Of a stretch of 64,000 bases of DNA, positions 31,505-42,355 are shown in pieces. Within the stretch, counting starts at the first letter, position 1. Every line of letters starts with the position of its first letter. The notes beneath the pieces are model-generated. The model worked only from the letters and a program-made list of their open reading frames with translations. It had not been told where the DNA came from and searched no databases. The position numbers and the translations under genes were made by a program. The stretch is from Lepidodermella squamata (Eukaryota; Animalia; Gastrotricha). The stretch spans positions 558,001 to 622,000 of the forward strand of contig JBLDXI010000064.1 of the NCBI GenBank assembly GCA_047495785.1, in the 5' to 3' direction.

Positions 31505-34245
31505 ATGATTTTCATCGCTTTGCTAGCTTTTTACAGTCTCGCCTCGGCGGAAATGGTATTCCGAGGGCGATGCACGCGCCTCATGCAGACCTCGGAGTCG
31601 TTCATCACCCTCGACCTGGGCGATCTCGTGCTGAATCGCTACATCATTTTCCCAATCGTGACGGCCGAGTCTCCGGAGAACTGCGGCACTCGGTGCCTAT
31701 CCTCCGGCAATCCGCCCTGCCGAAGTGCCTTCTACGAGCCGTACAACAGAACCTGCGTCCTGCTGAGAGCCTCTCAAACGCAAGCGCTGGAATTCGACCG
31801 TCCCGAAGTGGCGAAACGGCCAAACCGCGGGGTTCTCATCTCAGCGGCTAGCATAACCGACAGTGGCGTGACAGACCGTCTGAATGGCGTCGAAGGCTGC
31901 AAGGAATTTTGCCCATTGCCTGGTCAGACTACCGATGAAAGCGTGGCGCCGGTTTGCGTCAAGGATTGCGATGAATCAAAGTCGTATTGCGCGGGTAAAA
32001 AGACAGAGAAATGTCTCATTTTCAACTTTTTCTAATAATGTTTCGACAGGTGAGGAATCCGGCTGCGTCGAATACCCACGGCAGTCTGTATACTTGCAGT
32101 ACAGCGGGATCAAGTCTGCCAGCTCAATCGCGGTAAGAGCCGTGCATCTTTAAACACTTCATACTCACTTTTTCCAATTTGAAAATAAAGTCTGGAACTT
32201 TTGTGAAACTGTACGATTTCACGCACATTCGAGTCACGCTGAATTTTCCTTGGTAAGAAACCATACAGATTTCCAACTCGAGTTCGACTCTTATGTTGTG
32301 TGTGTTTTTAGGTATTCGGGCAGCCAAGGCACTACAGGGCGAGAAGTTGCTTACATCGACGTAACCCTCGCTGGGTTGAAATGCCAAGGCGAAAGAGGGT
32401 TTGTTTTGCGATTTCCAATTCATCACTCTACGCAAAAGTTTGCTGATTCAAATTGCAGATTTGCGCATCACATCGGCAAAGACATGAAAAACATTGGAAC
32501 GGATTTAACATCGAACCCGGGTCAAACTATCGCAGGTTTTCAGCCTGATTCAATTTACACGAATTTTCACAAATGATTGTTTCTTTGAAGGGGAAATGTT
32601 GTGTACGAATACTGAAATTGCGAGTGGTAGCCGAAGTTTTTCGGTAAACTTGCGCCGCGAGCAGACTCAACAGATGTCGGTACTGCTGGGGGCAACGTTC
32701 AGCAGCTACTCATCACCGGCGTTCATCTACTTCGAAGAGTTCATCCCATCGGCTTACTTCTTCAAAACAGGTTAGTGCTGCGTTGTTGATTTTCAGTGAA
32801 ATACATTGGCTGACGTTGGCTGAAATTTCAGATGACACGGCGAAATGCCAGTCGGCCACTGTTTACAACACGAATTCAGCCCAATTCCAAGAATCCTTCC
32901 CTTACCAGAAAGGAGAGGTCCTTACTCCTTATGTAAGTCAAAGTCCTTATGAAATATTCAAAATTGGCATTCATCATTGTACTAAGAATGACCCATATTA
33001 GGGTGATTTTTCAGATTTTTTGTATCAATCCCGAAGTCGTAATTTTCGGCTGAGAAATTTCAAAACCCTTTAAAGTTCTGTGAATTTAATAAGCTTTGAT
33101 TACAGCGCATATTGAAGTTCAAGAAGCGAAGTGACACGTCGCTGCTTCGAATTTACTGGCACGCCAAGGTGATGTTCGACGTTTACCGACGATGCCTGCG
33201 CATTTTTGCGACAATCAACGGCCGCCAGTGCAGAGACCCGGCGCCCATCCAGCAGACCTTCTACCACTGGCAGCAACATTCGAGCACTGGCTGCCGGCAA
33301 AACATAGCCGCAACGACCTTCAACCGTAAAAAAAAACATTTCAGTCACCCAAAAATCGTAATTTTCTTCATTTCAGTCGATGGCGTTTGCCGAAATTTAC
33401 CAGCGGGTAAATACGACATCAACATTTTTGTGGACCAGTTGTGTATCGAATTTGGTCCAGATCTTGAGAGGTAACTATTAAGGCTCGAGACGGCCTCTAA
33501 GATAACGATTTTCTCTTAGTTACATCGAGGTTAACATTGGAAATAACCAGCCGTCGCAACTTTTGGTCGAAGAGATCCGGGAAAGCTTGCCAACTAACGG
33601 TTTGCTTCTCTCTGACGGGAGACTTGTGGATTTGCCATACTTCAACCGCAAGTACTGGACGTTCATTGGCAGCTGTCGCCACAGCGGTGACTGCTCAGGC
33701 GGAGCGTGCCTCACTACGCCATGCGTCAATCGAGCTTTCCAGGCGTTTTCGTGGGTGAAGCTGCACGACACGTCTGCGATTCATGTCAAGTGGTACGGCG
33801 GCCAGTACATGGGCTCAGGTGTGCTGTTCACGGATGACCTTACAGATATCTTACGCTGGTACGTTATGTTCAACGGCGCCGAGTGCAGATCGCCAACCAA
33901 GATCGAGAGTCAGATGATTATGAACGCCAACTACCACGGCTTCAGAACAAGCCGGCCGACTTACGGTAAATGCTAACTGAATTCACTTGCTTATTGAAAA
34001 TGAAGCTGTTGTTTAATTCTAGTCGAAGGCATTTGCGATATGCCAATCCAAGCCGGTCTTGTCAATTTGACGATACATTACGGCGTGAAATCGAACGCCT
34101 ATCCATATTTGCGTTACGAAAGCGGTGAGTTGTCTATCCCAAATTTTGAAATGTTCCTTCAATTTCGACTTTCCTCGAAACAGGAATAGGAACCGGTGGA
34201 ACGTCTTACTTCATGGTCGAGGAAATATTTCCAAAACGTCTGTAA
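31505..34245 (+). CDS. Secreted protein: PAN/Apple-like domain + three tandem CTHRC1-C-terminal-like domains (paralogue 1)
   Basis: Signal MIFIALLAFYSLASA; PAN-like 'SPENCGTRCLSSGNPPCRSAFYEPYNRTCVL'; repeats 'FVKLYDFTHIRV..IYFEEF', 'FKKRSDTSLLRIYW..INGRQC..PIQ..VDGVC..AG..LLVEEI', 'WVKLHDTSAIHVKW..RWYVMFNGAECRSPTKIE..VEGIC..AGLV..FMVEEIFPK'; 11 GT-AG introns. Confidence 0.8.
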
Positions 34246-34635
34246 ATAAACGGTGATGAAATGCGACAAACTAAACTCTATCTTTTGCTTGTATTCCTTG
34301 CCAAGAATAATTTATGAGATCGATGAGTGAATCTCAAAGAAAAAAGCTTACCTTTATGCAAAATTCATGACGATAAGAAAAGGAGCGGCGGGCTACCTGT
34401 GGATACCATTAATAAAAATGACACCGTCCAAGTGCAGAAAATTGCGAGGTATGATTTCAACATTCAGCCAATCAATACCCGCTATTGTTCTAAGCGCTAA
34501 ATCGAACTTCTCTCCCTAAAGAAAAAATGATATATTTTCTCAAAGAGATTTGGGCATGAATATTTTATTAAGAAGCATCGCTTGCAAGAAGGAAAATCTG
34601 GTAGAACCGAGTTTTTGCTTCAAGTAGCTGAAAAA

Positions 34636-37600
34636 ATGAATACGAAGCTAGCAGCGTTGTTACTGGCATGTGTGCTAAGCTATGCCTCGGCCGAAATGGT
34701 GTTCCGAGGCCAATGCACGCGCCTCATGCAGACCGTCGAGTCGTTCATGACCCTCGACCTCAGCGACGTGGTCTTCGGCCGTTACGCTATCTACCCGTAC
34801 CAGACCGTGCCCGACCAGACCAGCTGTGCCACGCGGTGCTTGTCCTCACCCAACCCACCGTGCCGCACTGCTTTCTACGAACCCTACAACCGCACCTGCA
34901 TCCTACTGCGAGCGACAAAGGTCCAGGCCCGGGATTTAGACCGGCCTGAGGGCGCTACGAGCCCACTCCGGGGTATCCTGATCTCGGCGGTTAGTCTGAC
35001 GGAGGGCGGGGTGACGGATCGTGGCAACGGGGTACAGGACTGTTCCGACATCTGCCCAGCCGTGTCTGATGGCTCAGTGACGCCCGTCTGCATCAAAGAT
35101 TGCGACAACTCGAAGTCGTACTGCGCCGGCGAAGAGTACGGCTGCATGGAATACCCGCGACAGGTGCTTTTCATGCAGTACACCAGTCAAGTGTGGGGCG
35201 GCAGCTTCGTCATCAAGGTAAGTAACCTCGTTCGAAACATCTTGGGATTCAATTGTCCCCCGTGGGCTGAAAAATGAAGTGTTGATAAGCTTAAGCACTT
35301 TGGGAAATCAGAAACCAACATTGAGAAACACTTGAATCTTGCCAAAAAATTATATTTTGCTGTTGAGGATCCTGGTTACAGAATTAAACGTGATTTTGTT
35401 CGCTTAGTCTGGTAGTTTCAACAAGCTGTACGATTTCACGCATATGAGAATAACTCTCGGCTTCACTTGGTAACTCATTTAAACCCCACGTTATCCTCGT
35501 CGTCTGATCAATGTGAAAACATTAGGTTCTACTCGGGCCAGCCTACAACCGGGCGAGAAGTTGCGTACATCGACGTGACACTGGCTGGTTCGAAGTGCCT
35601 GGGCGATGCCGGCTACTCGCACCAAATCGGCAAAGACATCAAGACGACGGGCACGAGCCTTGTGTCGAGGATCGGCTTCAACATTGGCGGCGAAATGGCG
35701 TGCACGGGCGTCGACATTCCGGACGGCTCGCGGTCGTACGAAATTGCCGTGCGCCGCGAGCAGTCAGGTTCTGGGACTGTCAATATTGGCGCCGAATTCA
35801 GCACCTACAACAATCCAGCTTTCATCTACTTCGAAGAGTTCGTCCCAGCCTCTTATCTCTTTAAAACAGGTTAAATAGCCGAGATTATTCTATGATCTTT
35901 TAATTCTTGGTTTTTGAAGATGACACTGCCAAGTGCCAATCCGCGACAGTTTACAACACGGTGGCGGAGCAATTCCAAGCCAGTGTTCCCTACACCAAAG
36001 GCGAATTGCCGACGCCTTATGTGAGTTGCCTTGCCCTTATTCGGTGAATTGTGTACAAATAACTGATGAGAATATAAGCTATTTATGGAATATTTCATTG
36101 AAAAATTGATTTTTACGAAATTCCATTCGAATTAAATGTCAATGAGAAGATAGCAGAAAGTTTTTGGCTAGGTTCCAGGTCATCACTAGCCAATTTTACT
36201 AATTGGAAATTATTGTTTGATAAAGAATACTCTTGTTAATGATTCCTTACCTAATTCGAGCCAGAATTCGTCGAATTTAATCGAAATATTTGCTGGAAAA
36301 AGGTTCATTTATTGAATTCGGGCCCAATGAAGGGCCCTACCACTTTTAAAGCGTCCAAATGGGCCTAAACTCCGATAACAAAGACCTAAGCCAAATCACC
36401 ACTTAATTTCATTAGCAAAAAACAGCATTTTTCGAATTTTGACTTTTCAGCAAATTCTCAAGTACAAGAAACGAAGTGACACATCGCTGCTTCGAATTTA
36501 CTGGCACGCGAAGCTGATGTTCGACGTTTACCGGCGATGCCTGCGCGTCTTCGCGACTATCAACGGCCGCCAGTGCACGAATCCGGCGCCGATCCAACAG
36601 ACGCAGTACAAGTGGCAGGAGCACACGGGAACCGGCTGCCGACAGGACGCAGCTGCAACAACTTTCAACCGTGAGTTTGAGCATCTTAAAATTACGACAA
36701 CAATATCTAACATTCAAGAGAAAAAATCCGCGATTTTCATCAAATCGTTATCATCCAAAACTTCTTTTCTTGCAGTTGATGGCGTGTGTCGCAATTTGCC
36801 AGCGGGCAAGTACGACATCAACATAGTCGTTGACCAGAACTGCCCGCAATTCGGCCCCGATCTCGAGTCCTACGTCGAAGTGAACATCGGCAACAACCAA
36901 CCGGCGCAGATGATTGTCGAAGAAATTCACGAGCTGCTGCCCACAAACGGCTTGCTACTCTCAGACGGCACCCTCGTTGATTTGCCGTACTTCAACCGCC
37001 AGTACTGGACGTTCACGGACAGCTGCTTGCACCCTGGCTCTTGCACGAGCGGCACTTGCATGACATCGCCTTGCATCAACGCGCCGTTCAAGGTACGTCC
37101 CATGCTTATATGGCTTCTTGAACAGGATTCCAACTGACTTTTGCAATTCAGACATTTACAGGGTGGTCGAAGCTGCACGATACGTCGGCCATCCACGTCA
37201 AGTGGTACGGCGGCCAGTACATGGGCTCGGACACGTTGTATCCGTCGTGGACGAACATCTTCCGATGGTCAGTGATGTCTGCAGTGATGCTTTAGTGGGC
37301 TTAAAAAATGGATTCATTTGAGACGTCCCATTCATTGAATGGATGGGCCGAAGCCATGGGACCCGAATAAGCGCTTGTTGGGGTGTCTTCATAGTGGATT
37401 AGCCTACAGGCATAATTTCTCTAGGAACCAGTAACCAGTGGCTTGGATTTTATTCGATTTAGACCCTATTTTCACTCATTCAGATTCGGAAAGATTGATT
37501 CCTGGGGAAGTGTTTTGATTGGATTGATTTTGATTTACCCTTGAGGATGCAATCGAAAAACCAAGACATTTCCTATTTTTTATTGAAATTTGCTTTAGAA

Positions 37601-38251
37601 GGGAAAAGGTAAAAGGGAAAGTGGTTTCACATTCGCTTAATTCCATCCATTTCTGGACATTTCGAAGCACCAAGCTTCGTGAAAATCGAGATATTTCGCG
37701 ATTTATTGTGATTTGATTAGTTCGATTCAGTCCTGGGAAATTGGGACAATTATTGATTTTGATTGAAAGAAGGAGGTGATTAAATTCAAAGCTCTGCTTA
37801 GAACAGCGACTTTCCAGAGATTATTTTATTTACTGCCTAAACAAATCGCCATTTTTCCGATTGCAGGAACGTAAAATTGAACGGCGTCGATTGCAGTTCT
37901 CCGACGACAATTGAATCGCAGATGATTGACAACGATTCGTACCACGGCTTCAAATTCAGTCGGCCAGTTTATGGTTCGTAAAAAATTCCAACATTCCCTA
38001 TAAATCTAAGTAAATTGTTTGTGATGTTGTAACAGTTGAGGGCATTTGCAACATGCCGATCGCATCTGGCCCGGTGACGTTCACTGTCCACTACAGCGTC
38101 AAGTCTGGCACTTATCCGTATTTGCAAAACGAAAGCGGTAAATTTTAATTCAATTTCCTAATGATTTTGTCTACTTTTCTTCGCATTAGGCATCGGAACG
38201 GGCGGTACTTCGTACTTCATGGCTGAAGAAATTTTCCCTAAAAATCTGTAA
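34636..38251 (+). CDS. Secreted PAN + 3x CTHRC1-C-like protein (paralogue 2)
   Basis: Signal MNTKLAALLLACVLSYASA; collinear with paralogue 1 through to FMAEEIFPKNL*; 9 introns. Confidence 0.8.
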
Positions 38252-38346
38252 AAAACACTCCTTATACTGGACCATGTGACTTTACTCACGTAAACTCTTC
38301 ACTAAAAACGACGTTTTAATAAAATGCAAAAACATATGGCTAAATT

Positions 38347-38917
38347 TTAGCCGAATCGTCGACCCGGATGTAGTTTAGCCATCTCGCCGCAAATGTACCT
38401 CGCCTCGGTTTCGTTCATTGAAAACGACATGTTGATCTATGATGAAAGGACAATTAGCTCAATTATTAGACTTGCTTTTTCGACTACTTACCGGAATGTC
38501 ATTGCCTGGACACCCAGCCGCATGCGAGTAACACTTTTTATCGTCGCACACAACAAATGCCTGGAAAAATTCAGAGAGAAAATAATTTGATTTAATTAGA
38601 TGTTCCTTAATTACGTACGTGTTCTGCTTCACATTTCGATTTTTCCGCCCAGCTAACACGCCAGTTTTCAGGTACAGGTAGCTAGAAGTTTGTCAAAACA
38701 ATGTAATGTGACAATTTTTTTCGCCGAAATGTTTGGATCGTACCTCAAATTCAGATTTCGAGCTGTCGCAGCGGCCTGATTTGCAGAAAAAATTGGCATC
38801 GCTCGCAGTTGCTTTGCAGCGATAGAAACCGGCTGCACCATTGCTCTGCGCAAGTGCCAGGCCAATGGCGAAATGGAACAGAAACAGACAGATTGTTTCC
38901 GTGGCTGATGGTTTCAT
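38347..38917 (-). CDS. Small secreted cysteine-rich protein (~130 aa, 8 Cys in mature part), 4 exons
   Basis: Spliced: MKPSATETICLFLFHFAIGLALAQSNGAAGFYRCKATASDANFFCKSGRCDSSKSEFE|LPVPENWRVSWAEKSKCEAEH|AFVVCDDKKCYSHAAGCPGNDIP|INMSFSMNETEARYICGEMAKLHPGRRFG*; three phase-0 GT-AG introns. Confidence 0.7.
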
Positions 38918-39229
38918 GTGGGCTGTTTTTTCAAAAACGCAGGCCTTATTGATTTTGTGGCAACAATTCACATCGAGTTTTGTGCGATTGTTTGCCGACG
39001 ACACATGAAGCCAACAATGGCGTGTTTTAATAATAAAAGGCGAGTCGCTTTTGTAGCTTATTATTTTGTTTACACACTTCACCTGCATTTATTTACGTGA
39101 AGTGTGAGCGCTCTTGTGTCAATGATCGGCCTGATCAACTGCGCGCTTTATGAGATTTCCTTTATACAAAAAATAGCAAACAGCGAACAAGTTAGGCTGG
39201 CTGTATTTAATCGATCTGATCCCCTGATC

Positions 39230-40800
39230 TGATCCCCGGCTTAACTTTTGGCCAATACGTCATCCTCGCTATTCTATACGCAGATGACTTGGTCCTGATG
39301 GCCGAAAACCCCGAAAACTTACAAAAGTCACTCGATGAACTAGCTTCCTACTGTGACGACAACTCCCTTAAAATTAACGTTGAGAAAACTAAAATAATGA
39401 TTTTTGAGAAACGTTTTTCCGAAAATATCAACCTAAAATTTACTCTCAACGGTGAATCTATTGAACGAGTAAAAGAATTTAAATACCTAGGCGTTTATTT
39501 CACGCATAATTTGAATTTCGACAAAATGGTGGAGGTTATCAATGCGAATACAAAACGTATAACCGCACTGATCCCGAACATGATAGAGAATTTTACTACT
39601 TATCTTCCACCGAAAACATTTAATATTTTACACAACTCATACGTCATCGGCAACTACACTTATGCCAGTGGCCTCTGGGGCCAGACAAAAAAGAATAAAG
39701 TTTTCTCATTTAACACCCATTTCGTGAAACAAATTTGTCGAATTCCAACCTCTGCTAGGAATGAACTAGTAAATCGCGAATTCTACCTCGACCCACCTGC
39801 ACTTGTCCTCACAAAATCAGCCGTCAGGTACTTCCTACGACTCAAGTTTGAGAACGAGCATGTGCTTATCAAAACTGCCTTTGACGTTATTGACGCAAAT
39901 AAAAATCTATATCGCCATATTTTCAAACATTTACAAAGTGATGTCGAAAAACTTGGGGGCACCAACATCTTCACCGCCACTTCTCAATTTGAGGGTTTGG
40001 CTCATCTTGGAAAGTGGTACGAAGTGTGGATAACAAACAACAAAAAATCTATAGCTAATGATTTAAAAACTATATACCAAAATCCTGTTTTTACAGACGA
40101 AAATTTCGACAAATTGCTGCTATATTCTAATGCTCAAAATGCTTTTTGGTCGGTGAAAAATATTAGGATACTCAGTATGATTAGGACAAACTCTCTCCAT
40201 AAACCCTTTTGCTATATCAATAACTTAGGATTAAAATGCATTTTCTGTCTTAAACATGGTGATTCGCTTGCTACGCCTATTAGAAATTTCCAAGATACTA
40301 TAGATCTAATATGCCACCTCTATATTGAATGTAAATTTATCCCGAACCACACTCCTCTAACACAACTAGCCTCGATCGATAGTATCAATCATAATGTTAA
40401 TAATTTTGTCAATTCAATTATCGAATCCATAGTAACTTGCAAATCCGTCAACAATATCGCACTGCCACACATCTTAACTATAGCTTCTAACTACCGACTC
40501 GCTCTTAAATTACACGTTTACCCTAACAGTAATAACAATTAATGCGTAATTCTCCTGTCCTCTCTTTTCTGTCTTCGCCAATTTATTTAAATAATTCCCA
40601 CGTCATGATCAGAACTATATGTATTATAACTTTATATTATGTATTATAACTTATATTGTAACTATATGTTATGCACGTGTATGTATACATATATATCTGT
40701 CTGTGTTTATTATGTTCGAAAATATTCCAGGACGCGCCCAAAGCCGATGGCCGGTGCTAGTTTGCTTTTTTGATCAAATAAAACATTGCTTGCTTGTTTC
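39230..40800 (+). mobile_element. 5'-truncated LINE (RT C-terminal half plus CCHC), related to the 20971-23978 element
   Basis: ILYADDLV, KINVEKTKIM, FKYLG, 'RNELVNREFY', 'IRTN..KPF', CIFC..HLYIEC; 3' AATAAAACAT followed by a TTGC-repeat tail. Confidence 0.9.
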
Positions 40801-41816
40801 GAACATGATTCTATTTACAAGGCACATGTGGAGTTAACTCCATGCACCCTCTCTGATTAAGAAGAGAACAAGGGCCAAAGTTCAACCTTTCGAATTCACC
40901 GAAAGAGCTGTCGGAAAATGACAAAATAATGAAAATTGGCAAGTTAGAAACGCGTCTATCGAGCTTAATTTTTCTAGAGATGTATCAATTTGAAATTCGA
41001 AGCGCACTTTGTATAGCGCTGTTTCTTTTCCGGTTCTTTCCAACATGCAAATAATACACTGGCGTAGAAAACGAAAGAAATTTGTAAAATGACCTCTTCT
41101 TCGCAGACTGACTTGTTTTCCATTTTTCACGTAGTATTCGTAAGATATTATTTCGTTAGATTTGTTTCAGTATTTCTGGTTTCTAAAGTAATCCGGAATT
41201 GAATTCAGGAGTTAATAATTAATTTGAATTCATATCCTACTTAGAGTTTTTGAGCATAGAATAGAGTGATTTTTTAATTAATTTTTTTAAATTAATTAAT
41301 AGAGTTAACAGAGTAGCTGAGAGCAGCTCTGATGCGATATCAACACCGTGTTTTTTGTGTTTTTACTACCTTCTACACTAAAAATATCGCAATAACTGTG
41401 CGTGACATTTTAGAAATTATCAGATTAACAAGTCGTATTGCCGAATTTCTCAGGTTTATTTAAATTTTCGCGATAATGACGTTTCGGCTTTAATCACCAA
41501 ATACACTAGTAGGGCTTCCATCGTCATAATTTTGGTCTTGCCGCACATTCGAGGACAGTGGCTTTGAGCCTAGCTGTAATTAGTAATTAATCCCAAGACA
41601 TTGCCGATTAGCTCGGGATATAGCCTGCCCTTAAATTGTCGGTTGTCATGCTGGCATAAAACCGGCGTTTAATCAGTACTGCTGAAGAGTCTGCATCCGA
41701 GCAGTGTCGAAGATGCCGGGGGGGATGCCAGGGATCATCCCTACCTCGCGGCCCGGTCGTCCCTGGCAGGGGTGGATGGCATCCCGGTCTCAGCTGGAAT
41801 TCATTACGCTCGCTCG

Positions 41817-41984
41817 CTGATTGGCCAGTTTGCGTGCGCTATAATGCGCGCGCGCGCTGATTGGACGATTTGTGCGTGCTATAATGCGCGCGCGCGCTGA
41901 TTGGACGATTTGTGCGCGCTATAATGCGCGCGCGCGCTGATTGGACGGCTTTTGTGCGCTATAATGTGCGCGCCCTGTGATTGG
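41817..41984 (+). repeat. Subterminal tandem repeat, 4 x 40 bp, in the hAT element
   Basis: Unit CTGATTGGACGATTTGTGCGCGCTATAATGCGCGCGCGCG. Confidence 0.9.
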
Positions 41985-42355
41985 TGTAGTTGCTGTAGCG
42001 GAATGTATGGTGGTCGTCACCTGTGCCTAACCTGTCCCTGGCTGTCCCTATTACACACTGCTCGTCAAGCCCCGTCAGGTTTAGTCTTCCTGCTCTGAAT
42101 GACTTTTAAGTGCTCTTTTTGCAGGAAATGAAAATAATTTAATGGAAAATAGAGTGAAGTTTCAAATACTTTTCCAAGAGAGTAAAAAAAATAAATGAAA
42201 TGAATGAAATAAAGCAAATCGCGTGTTATTTTTTGTTGATATGAAATTGATTTTTAGTATTAAATCAACAGTTTTCGCGACCTGGTCATCCCTGGTTGGC
42301 TAGGGTAGCATCCCCATTTCATAAGAATTTGATTTGTTATTGTTAGGTTGATTAT

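Noticed and set aside
41817-41984. Regular 40-bp repeats as a possible CRISPR array
   Set aside because: Head-to-tail repeats without unique spacers, inside a eukaryotic transposon; no cas genes.
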